The notes beneath the pieces were generated by a model. It did no database searches. It saw only the letters and a program-made list of their open reading frames with translations, and was not told the origin of the DNA. A stretch of DNA of 64,000 bases from a virus: the IMG/VR virus record IMGVR_UViG_3300045988_167206, positions 32,001 to 96,000 of that record; one strand, written 5' to 3'. The translations under genes and the position numbers were made by a program. This document shows positions 34,820 through 43,000 of this stretch, piece after piece (position 1 is the stretch's first letter; each line of letters begins with the position of its first letter).

Positions 34820-35077
34820 TCATCCTTTCGCACTACCGCACTGCATTGTATATTCCGCATTTGGATCAAATGCAAGAGGGTAGTATTTAATATTATTATC
34901 ATCCCATCGATAAATTGCGTTTGTGGTTGTATCGATATAGATAGCCTCTGGTTCACCTACCGATGGAAAAAGAGTGTAAGAAGCATATGGGTGTATCTGG
35001 CTTTTGCTGTCAATGTATGTCTTGATATAGTTTATGACTTCTTCAAGACCACGAAAGTTTAAAAACTGTTCTTTCAT
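34820..35077 (-). CDS. Small structural-module protein (85 aa)
   Basis: ORF immediately upstream of the fibre gene on the same strand. Function unknown. Confidence 0.55.
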   Translation of the reverse strand: MKEQFLNFRGLEEVINYIKTYIDSKSQIHPYASYTLFPSVGEPEAIYIDTTTNAIYRWDDNNIKYYPLAFDPNAEYTMQCGSAKG

Positions 35078-35112
35078 TACCCATCATGTCCTTTCTTTGT
35101 TATTTATTTACA

Positions 35113-35145
35113 TAAAAAAAATAGACACCTTGCAATAGTGTCTAT
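35113..35145 (-). terminator. Rho-independent terminator ending the tubR-tubZ-rep cassette
   Basis: Minus strand: ATAGACAC, 9-nt loop, GTGTCTAT, then TTTTTTTT. Confidence 0.7.
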
Positions 35146-35173
35146 TTTAAACATACGCTTATAAAATTTAAGT

Positions 35174-35941
35174 TTAAAGATTTACGAGATTTGTGTAATG
35201 AGCATCTAGAGTCATCACTGAATTGTATAATGTCGAAATAATAAAACCTTTCGGATTACTAATTTGCTTATCATAATTACGCAGTACATTAACAACGTAC
35301 TGAATATGAAACATTTTAACTTTTAAAAATGATGATTTTACAATATCAACTGAAATATCATTTCCGTTGATAGAAATATATTTCATATTGCTACATAATA
35401 CTTCAACCATAACATCTACGATATTGTCAACAAGCTTTTGATCAATCGAACCAACAAACACTGCATCGTAATCTATGTTTGTTCGTATAGTATTAATACA
35501 TATAGTATTATTATTTAAAGTATTATTATATATGGATGATTTTCCACTTGTGGAAGAACCAGCGGGTGGAAAAGCCACATGTGGAAAATCACCATCTGGC
35601 TCTACAGAACCCACATGTTGAAAATCCACATGTGGATCATCGCACACTTCATATTCATAGTAGAAACGTTTTGTTTCAATATCTTGAAATTTATATTGGA
35701 TCAAATATCCATGATCTTTCAATTCCCTCCATGCACCACGAAAAGAAGTTTCACCATCCGTAGATTTGCTTAATAAAAAATCTTTGTACAATGTAAAGCC
35801 ATCTAATGTAAGATATGACTCTATAATGGCAAGTAGCCCTTTAGCTTTAAGGGACAGTGTTTCGTCCCTTAAAGCCACGTTGCTTACCTGGGCATAGTAG
35901 GTTCTTTTCTTTCTGATCATGCCAGATTTTTTATCAGCCAT
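35174..35941 (-). CDS. Replication-initiator-like protein (RepA_N-type winged helix N-terminus plus DUF6017-like C-terminus); TubY-like modulator is an alternative
   Basis: N-terminus YYAQVSNVALRDETLSLKAKGLLAIIESYL...WRELKDHGYLIQ. C-terminus VDNIVDVMVEVLCSNMKYISINGNDISVDIVKSSFLKVKMFHIQYVVNVLRNYDKQISNPKGFIISTLYNSVMT resembles the C-terminal domain of Clostridial plasmid/ICE initiators. Confidence 0.55.
   Translation of the reverse strand: MADKKSGMIRKKRTYYAQVSNVALRDETLSLKAKGLLAIIESYLTLDGFTLYKDFLLSKSTDGETSFRGAWRELKDHGYLIQYKFQDIETKRFYYEYEVCDDPHVDFQHVGSVEPDGDFPHVAFPPAGSSTSGKSSIYNNTLNNNTICINTIRTNIDYDAVFVGSIDQKLVDNIVDVMVEVLCSNMKYISINGNDISVDIVKSSFLKVKMFHIQYVVNVLRNYDKQISNPKGFIISTLYNSVMTLDAHYTNLVNL
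35541..35640. repeat. Iteron-like repeat cluster inside the rep-like gene (candidate origin)
   Basis: CCACATGTGG at 35575-35584 and 35627-35636. CCACATGTTG at 35611-35620. The first and third-listed of these at 35575 and 35611 are followed by AAAATC. Palindrome TTCCACTTGTGGAA at 35542-35555. GGTGGAAAAG at 35565-35574. Confidence 0.5.
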
Positions 35942-35949
35942 TTTCTCAC

Positions 35950-37005
35950 CTACTTATTTTTCATTTGCATTAATCGTTCTCTAGCAGATAATGGTTTCTT
36001 TTCTGGTATGGATCCAGAAATACTAATAGAATAGTCATCTTTGAATAATGTTTGAGTTTGAGTAGATTTCAAATCTTCCTCTATTTTCTTTTTATCATCT
36101 TGAATAGATTCGTACAGTTTATTGATGGTAGTTGCAGGATATTGAAGGCCACTCATAAATATCAAATTTGTTTTAGTTTGATATCCAACAAATAAATCTC
36201 TCCAATATCCAAATTGAAGCTGCAGTTCTGTAGTGTTGATTGAAATAGTTTTTCTTGTGTTGGAACTCTTGATTCCACAATAATACAAAGGATTACGAGA
36301 TTCAATATCACAAAATATGTTGTCTGTAACTGCCTTCTTTAGATCTGCTGTAATGTCAGATTGGTTTGGCTTTCTTGAAAATGTGTTCAAAATCCCATAT
36401 CCTGAACATTCTAACATAGAACAGATTTCACTATAATCATAAATGCCGTCTATAGAAGTAGAAACATCGGAAACGAGAGAATAGACAACTTCAGCCAAAA
36501 TCTCATTACTTTTCGAATAATTAAGTTCCTTATTATTATCTACGATAAAAATAGTGTGCTTTGCAGTTTCAATTAATTCCCTCAATGCTTCATAAGCATT
36601 TGTTTTAGCCTGAAGCGATTCTGAAAAATTAGGTATTGTAACTACCGGGATCACAATCTTATTTAATTCGGATTCAATAAGCTCTGTTAATAAAGCGCAC
36701 ATTCCGGAAAATGTTCCTCCACCAATAGATCCAAATACAAAAATATATCTGCCAGTTAAATGGCGTTCAATATATTTCAATATGTCTTCATAATTATTTG
36801 CTAAATAATTTTTAGAAACATTTCTATCTTTGTGGCAGCCATTTGCACCTTCCAGATGATAATAATGAATATTATCTGTGCCTAGACTCTGCAGGTCTTC
36901 CAGTGCGCTATTAATATAAAAACTATTTACTCCATATTTTTTAAATGCAGCAACTTGATTCCCTCCGCAAGCACCAACACCGAGGAACGAAAAATTATTT
37001 TTCAT
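35950..37005 (-). CDS. tubZ: Tubulin/FtsZ-superfamily GTPase (TubZ/PhuZ-like)
   Basis: N-terminal GVGACGGNQVAAF (FtsZ G-box 1 context) and the tubulin signature FGSIGGGTFSG. 351 aa. Preceded by an overlapping small winged-helix gene, as in tubRZ operons. Confidence 0.8.
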   Translation of the reverse strand: MKNNFSFLGVGACGGNQVAAFKKYGVNSFYINSALEDLQSLGTDNIHYYHLEGANGCHKDRNVSKNYLANNYEDILKYIERHLTGRYIFVFGSIGGGTFSGMCALLTELIESELNKIVIPVVTIPNFSESLQAKTNAYEALRELIETAKHTIFIVDNNKELNYSKSNEILAEVVYSLVSDVSTSIDGIYDYSEICSMLECSGYGILNTFSRKPNQSDITADLKKAVTDNIFCDIESRNPLYYCGIKSSNTRKTISINTTELQLQFGYWRDLFVGYQTKTNLIFMSGLQYPATTINKLYESIQDDKKKIEEDLKSTQTQTLFKDDYSISISGSIPEKKPLSARERLMQMKNK

Positions 37006-37267
37006 CTTGATTACCTCCGACTATTTCAATTCCAGATTTTGTAATGTAATACATTTTTTCTCTGCCATCGGTTCCAGATTGACAAATCAAATTATTTGCG
37101 ATCATGAAATTGATATGTTTCCAGACAGTGCTTCTGGTCACATTTGTAATTTCCATCTCTTTAATTGTTAATCCGAAAATAGCAGAAGTAGCACCACTTT
37201 TAAATAGAGTTGTCAAAATCAAATAATCAGTTCGGCTAAGTTCTGCAGAGTGCTTATCTGTTCTCAA
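36995..37267 (-). CDS. tubR: Small winged-helix DNA-binding protein (TubR-like centromere binder)
   Basis: 90 aa, LILTTLFKSGATSAIFGLTIKEMEITNVTRSTVWKHINFMIANNLI. TTG start after GAGGTGAG. Overlaps tubZ by 11 nt. Confidence 0.55.
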   Translation of the reverse strand: MRTDKHSAELSRTDYLILTTLFKSGATSAIFGLTIKEMEITNVTRSTVWKHINFMIANNLICQSGTDGREKMYYITKSGIEIVGGNQDEK

Positions 37268-37338
37268 AATTTCTCACCTCTTTCTAAGTATTCTTATAAG
37301 TTGATATGGTTTCACAAGTGTTCGTAATTAGATTATAA

Positions 37339-37388
37339 TTAATATTGTTCAAAAAGTCAACAAAATGATTAATATATAATCAAAAAGT
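37339..37388. repeat. Direct repeat TTAATAT-N4/5-CAAAAAGT x2 upstream of tubR (candidate centromere/operator)
   Basis: TTAATATTGTTCAAAAAGT at 37339-37357 and TTAATATATAATCAAAAAGT at 37369-37388, about 30 nt apart. A third TTAATAT at 37416-37422. Confidence 0.35.
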
Positions 37389-37421
37389 TTAAAACAAAAA
37401 CAACTAATAAGAATATTAATA

Positions 37422-37430
37422 TGATATAAT
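37422..37430 (+). promoter_or_regulatory. Extended -10 promoter element TGaTATAAT for the HTH gene
   Basis: TG at 37422-37423 and TATAAT at 37425-37430, 24 nt upstream of the ATG at 37454, with RBS AGAGGTGA in between. Confidence 0.45.
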
Positions 37431-37453
37431 GTAAATACCAGAGGTGATGAAAT

Positions 37454-37657
37454 ATGAAGATATCATACGAGAATTTATTTTTATACTTTTTTAAGAATAA
37501 TATAAATATGCTTGAGGCATCTAAAAAAAGTGGTGTAAGCAGAAATACACTTATGAAAATGAAAAAAAACGAACCAGTTCATTTAAATGTTATTCTCGCG
37601 ATTTGCGAGGCATATGATTTGGATTTATTTGATGTGGTAGAAATAGTAAGAGAGTAG
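37454..37657 (+). CDS. Xre/Cro-type helix-turn-helix regulator (67 aa)
   Basis: MLEASKKSGVSRNTLMKMKKNEPVHLNVILAICEAYDLDLFDVVE fits the short HTH_26/YozG-like pattern. Divergent from tubR. Confidence 0.75.
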   Translation: MKISYENLFLYFFKNNINMLEASKKSGVSRNTLMKMKKNEPVHLNVILAICEAYDLDLFDVVEIVRE

Positions 37658-37682
37658 AAGAATTATCTTATTAAGTTCTTCT
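37656..37682 (+). terminator. Weak hairpin after the HTH gene
   Basis: AGAAGAA, 13-nt loop, TTCTTCT, followed by a T-rich stretch. Confidence 0.35.
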
Positions 37683-37753
37683 GATTTACTATTTTTTTAT
37701 CTGAATCTCATATTTTTGTTATTTAGATACTAGGAAAATTTTCTCCCACAGAT

Positions 37754-38827
37754 TTAATTTGTAGCAAACAGTCCTTTAATAGATGCTGATGGAATAGCTT
37801 CGTATCCTTCACCAACAAGTCCCTGAAGATTTTTAATAGCAGTAGCATTTGCTGCAATTTTAGGTTTTTCTGTTGCCATATCAGTTTCAAGAGTTTTGAC
37901 TTTTCCTTCAACTGTCGTTACTCTACCTGAAACAGCTGTAATATTATCTGCGTTTGTTTTATCAGCAGCTTCAAGTGTTGGAATTTTCTTTTCTAAAGTA
38001 TCAATTCTTCCAACTGCGGCTGTTAAATCTTTAGCTTTTGCATACTGACTCAAATCAGAATCAGCAAGAGCTTTTGATACATATTCTGCAATGTAACCTA
38101 CAATATCTTTAGATGTAGCTGTGTCTGGAAGAGTACCGATAAGAGTTTTCAGTTTAGTGATATCTTCTTTATTAGTCTTGATCTGGCTGTTCATTCCAGC
38201 AGCGTCAGATGCATGACTTGAAATCCAGTCAGAAATTTCCTTTAAAGTGTCATAGGCTTCTGGAGCACCATTAACAATAGAAGCAACAGCATCAGATACC
38301 GCTTTCTTTACAGAACCATCGCCAGTACCATTTAATGTTGCAATAGCTGTTGTATTCTTGTTTACTTCCGCTTTTAATGCAGTATCATCATAATGACCAG
38401 CTGTTACAGCTTCTTTAATATAAGATACTACATCTTTGGATTTTGCACCTGCTGGAATAGTACCAACATAAGTCATTACTTCACCTTTTGCTTTTGTAGC
38501 AGATCCTGCCACATCAAAATCTGTAACTGACTTTCCAGAATCAATTAAATTACCATTTGCATCAAGCCCCGCAAGGTGGCCATTAACCGCACCAGTTACT
38601 TTGTCAGCTTTTCCACCATCTTTAGGGAGAGTAATAGTAAACACAGCATCTTCGGTTGTAACAGGAGCAGTTTTTGTGTAAAAATACAGTGTAAATCCGT
38701 CAGTTGACTGAGAAACAGTCTTAATAGAGCTTTTTACTGCTTCAGATATCTTTGAGTCGATTTGCACATTATGAAGTGATAAAAACTCTGTAAGATTAGA
38801 AAGTGTAGCGAATTGTAATTTAGCCAT
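37754..38827 (-). CDS. Ala-rich coiled-coil structural (fibre-like) protein
   Basis: Start set to MAKLQF after GAAGGAGG. Repeated A/T/K-rich segments with GxxPxxAxSKDxVxYI occurring twice. Confidence 0.6.
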   Translation of the reverse strand: MAKLQFATLSNLTEFLSLHNVQIDSKISEAVKSSIKTVSQSTDGFTLYFYTKTAPVTTEDAVFTITLPKDGGKADKVTGAVNGHLAGLDANGNLIDSGKSVTDFDVAGSATKAKGEVMTYVGTIPAGAKSKDVVSYIKEAVTAGHYDDTALKAEVNKNTTAIATLNGTGDGSVKKAVSDAVASIVNGAPEAYDTLKEISDWISSHASDAAGMNSQIKTNKEDITKLKTLIGTLPDTATSKDIVGYIAEYVSKALADSDLSQYAKAKDLTAAVGRIDTLEKKIPTLEAADKTNADNITAVSGRVTTVEGKVKTLETDMATEKPKIAANATAIKNLQGLVGEGYEAIPSASIKGLFATN

Positions 38828-38845
38828 AATAGCTTCCTCCTTCAA

Positions 38846-39715
38846 TTAGTTAAAAATATTTGTTAATTCTTCAGTGGAAATACCACTGATTTTTTTATCT
38901 AAAGCACTATCCAGTTTTGCATCTAATTGCTGATCAATAATATTTGATACAGTTTCCTGAATTGTTTCAAGGACAAATTTCTTTGCATTTTCAGCAGACA
39001 TATAATTTTGTTCGGCAATCCAGTTTTCAGTAATATATTTATCAGTACGATATGTTCCGTCTGTTTGCAAAAAATATAGAACAATTGAGGTTCCTTGCAT
39101 TTTTGTAACAGTCATTTTTCCATGTAGTTCTGGATCATGAGAAACAAAAAATAGAATATCTTCGGCAGAAGATTGAATAGCAGGTTTAGATTGGCTAATA
39201 ATATATTGGCCTTTAATTTTATATATACCATCTTCAAGAGATGAAATATAAACAGGAGCATTAAGTGAACCTATCAAATTTTCAATTGGTTTGTCAGATA
39301 ATTTATTATACGAAAGACTATTAATATAATCTACAACAGTATCTTTATCTTCAAGATTGCCAACAATATCATCGAGCAATTTTGTAACATCGACAGCTTT
39401 AATATATTGATCAAGTCCAATTGATGTTTTTACCTGTTCGATAATATGCTGTGCATCTTCATCTGTCATACTCATATCAAATGAATAGAGTAATTTTCCA
39501 TTGGAGTAAAACATAAAGTTTGATCCAACAAATTTAATATCCGTAATCTGATTGGTCCCATATATATAATGTATTTTGTTGTCTTGAGAAATCCAAGCCA
39601 GAGATTTTGTATCCTGAATAAAACACATGCCAGGATATTTTAATATTCCTCTATCAAGAGCTTTCTCAGCTATAGCTTTTGTTGAGGCAGAAAACCAAGA
39701 TGGGATTAATGCCAT
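38846..39715 (-). CDS. Structural-module hypothetical protein (289 aa)
   Basis: ORF in the same-strand array. RBS AGGTGA. Confidence 0.6.
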   Translation of the reverse strand: MALIPSWFSASTKAIAEKALDRGILKYPGMCFIQDTKSLAWISQDNKIHYIYGTNQITDIKFVGSNFMFYSNGKLLYSFDMSMTDEDAQHIIEQVKTSIGLDQYIKAVDVTKLLDDIVGNLEDKDTVVDYINSLSYNKLSDKPIENLIGSLNAPVYISSLEDGIYKIKGQYIISQSKPAIQSSAEDILFFVSHDPELHGKMTVTKMQGTSIVLYFLQTDGTYRTDKYITENWIAEQNYMSAENAKKFVLETIQETVSNIIDQQLDAKLDSALDKKISGISTEELTNIFN

Positions 39716-39722
39716 TTTGTGA

Positions 39723-39971
39723 TCACCTCGCTTTGCTTAATTCATCATATTCAAGTTTTGTAATTTCAATTATTTCATATTCATAGCTATCAGGCGGGAA
39801 ATCATATAGACCTTCAATGTGCCAGCCATGCATCCCGTCCGAACTAAGAATAGCTTCTGCTTCCTGAATATTACACAGAAGCAATAAGTTATTTTTTTCT
39901 TGATATTTTATATAGAAAATATTTTTAAGAATATCTATGATTTTATTATCTTTTAATACTTTATAATACAT
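39723..39971 (-). CDS. Hypothetical protein (82 aa)
   Basis: ORF with RBS AGAGG, lying between structural genes. Confidence 0.55.
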   Translation of the reverse strand: MYYKVLKDNKIIDILKNIFYIKYQEKNNLLLLCNIQEAEAILSSDGMHGWHIEGLYDFPPDSYEYEIIEITKLEYDELSKAR

Positions 39972-40019
39972 TTGGCACCTCTTTAAATAGGCAAGGACAT
40001 TTCTGTCCTTACCTTAATA

Positions 40020-43000
40020 TTATCCTTCACATGAGATTGAGAACATAATAAGCACTCCGGCAGTCTGAGGATAATAGTATCCATTAATTCTACCTGGAGT
40101 ATCATCTCCACCGTCAACACCATATAACCATGTGCCAGGACTTTGATCAACATCAGCAGATCTTGTAGGATATGCTTCATAAATATTTGGAGTTGAAACT
40201 TTAGCTCTACGTCTCACAAAATCACTGGTCATGAAAGAAATAGTAGAATCCGTTTCTATAGAATATGGTTCGCCAGATATTGTTGGATCAATTTCATATA
40301 CAGAAGGAATATAGAAATAACATTCTGATGTAGATGTTGTTTTTGCTTTATCAGCATTATTAGCAATTACATTTACTTTCTTAATAAGAGATTTCCATAA
40401 AGGAGGAATTGCCTTTGGTAATCTGGTATTCAACCATGAGTTAAGCGAAGATTTAGCCCATCCACCGGAAATATTTCCATATGCACAGTTTGCACTTAGA
40501 AGGTTTTTGCCGATAAATGTAATGTTTGCTCTCTTAGTTGTATTATCGGATAGATAATATTCTTTGTACTTAGCAACCATCATTGGAATAGTCTCATGTA
40601 CCCAAGCAGCAATATCCTTGCATTCACCATCACCAAGATCTGCATACCACAGTTTAGCCCAATGAATCTTTCCTTTTGCATATTTCTCATATTCGCCATC
40701 ATCAGCTTTTGAACATCCAAATACAAGAGTAGATGGAATCACAGGGATTCTGATAGCAGAAAGAGTGGTGGTTGACACTTCATTACCAGTCAGATTTGAA
40801 CAATATATATAAGCTTGTTCGCTTCCGGCTTTATGTCGGATAACAACAAGCTCTCTATCTGCAATACCTGCTGGATTTGTACTCTTTGTTCCCCAGTTAA
40901 GGTTTACATTTGAGCTATACCATAATCTGAATCCGTTTGAACCATTAGACTGGAAGCATTGTGCAAGAGTTGCACCAGAAGTATTTCCTGCGTCAAATTC
41001 AAAATCGATTGCAAATGTGAAGTCTCGGTCAATATCCATAATGGTAGTATTAGTATCAATATAATTGGTACCATCAAATTCAGTCGTTTCAGATATGAAT
41101 TCTTTACTTTCCACATCGTCATAATTATAATCAACACCAAGTTTAAAGTTTAATGTATCTGCTTCTTTAGTCTTTTCTTTTTCAAGACTCATCTTCATCA
41201 TTGTGTAGAGTTCAACTTCAGAAAGATTTCCAAGATCTTTTCCATCAAAGTATCCTGTAGTATACTCACAGGAATCAAATACTGTATAAATCTTCTTATT
41301 TCCTGTAACAAGACCGGATTTATCCCATTCTTTGAAGAGATAATACTTAAATGCAGATTCTTCAGCTGTATATCTTGGAGTTTCTCCTTCATATTCAATA
41401 GTTGAACCAAATGGCCCAGTAGAAGACTGCAATACAGTTTCAGATGCATTTAGAGTTGGTTTCAGAATATATTCAACAGTATAATTACGAATAACTGGAT
41501 CATATACAGCAGTAATTACTCTATCCGCAAATATTTTGGTAAATGCAGAATCCCAACGTTTAAATACAAAGTCATTTTCAACTGTACTCGGAATAGTAGG
41601 AGTTTTAATAGGATTTAAACTTCTTGTAAGAGGATCTTCACCATCTGCTCCTTTATCAACATACTGAATATCTAATACTGTATGAGCTTCATCAGCATTA
41701 ACACATGTAATCTTATACTGTACGATTAAAGAATCGTAGGAGACCTCAAGATTAGACCAAATACCTTTTTGTTCATCTGTTCCGATATACTCTTTCAATT
41801 CCTGATCACGAATTACAGGGATGTGAATTGTTCCGGTGAGAACCGAATGATCTGTATTAAATTCGTTTTCATCTTTTCCGGAAAGTTTCGCTAGTACTTT
41901 TAAGATATCAGTATTATCCAAATTCCAATTAATACCTGTTACAGTTACAGTCTTCAAAGATTTAATAGCTTTTTTAATAATACTTAAAGCGTCAATTTTA
42001 GAGTTCCTACAAATAAAAGTTTCAAGATTTTCATAAGAAGGAATAACTAAATCAGTAAGATTCTGTAAATCTTTAAATGTAAGAGTATTAATTGTTGCAG
42101 GAAGATAAGCATGTGTAATTTTTCCATGTGTTGCAAATGATACAGAAGAAATGATTGTTCCTGAAGCATTTAATTTCAGAAGATTTTCACATGCAGAAAG
42201 GTTAATAGAACCGGTAAGATTTGGACAATTTTGAACATCAAGTTCTTCAAGGAGAACGTTATTACCCATATTCAGATTAGTTAAGAAAGAGTTTTGATAT
42301 CCTTCTGTATCATTACCAATAATAAGAGTTTTCAGTTTAGAAGCCTTTGAAAAATCATTATCATGGATGTAACATGCTGATAAGTTGTTTAAAGCCTGAA
42401 TTCTGGATGCACAGTAGATCAATACTGCAGTATCATCCATATTCGTAAGATTTGTGGTAATTTCATATTCCTGTCCAGCTTTTGCACGTACTTGAGTTGG
42501 ATTAGCTGAGTTACCGTATAATACAGATATATACATATCAGAATATGGAACAATTCTTAATGTGTAATCTGGTTTTACAACAGCTTCTTTAGGAGTGTTA
42601 CACCTGAACATAATCTGGTCAGATTTTACATCTGTATGTACAAATTTAGTTCCCATATATGCATGCTGATCACGTTCCCATTGTCTTCTTTGATATTTTT
42701 TACGCCCGTTCATCATTTCCTGAAGGAATCTAATAGTTCCCGCCTGGTATGTACGTAAATATAATCTTTCGTAATGAAGTCTCCACAATTCTTCCGGGAA
42801 CATTTCTTGCCATGTATCAAATTCATTGATAAGGTGAGTGTCGCTCCAACAGTTTGCATTTACTGACTGATATAGATTACGTAACTGTGGTTGCATTAAA
42901 TCACGAATACGGCACCATAATACACTTTCAGCGGCATTAAAGATATAACCAGAAGATGGATTTCTGTCTGTTTTATAGTCAGTATCTTCTTTACCATAGG

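Noticed and set aside
37723-37911. 62-aa minus-strand ORF overlapping the 3' end of the 357-aa structural gene.
   Set aside because: It is an alternative frame of the same strand within a supported gene, and the peptide is K/L-rich and low-complexity.
39983-40180. 65-aa ORF overlapping the 3' end of the giant RBP gene.
   Set aside because: It is out of frame inside the 2437-aa ORF and has no RBS.
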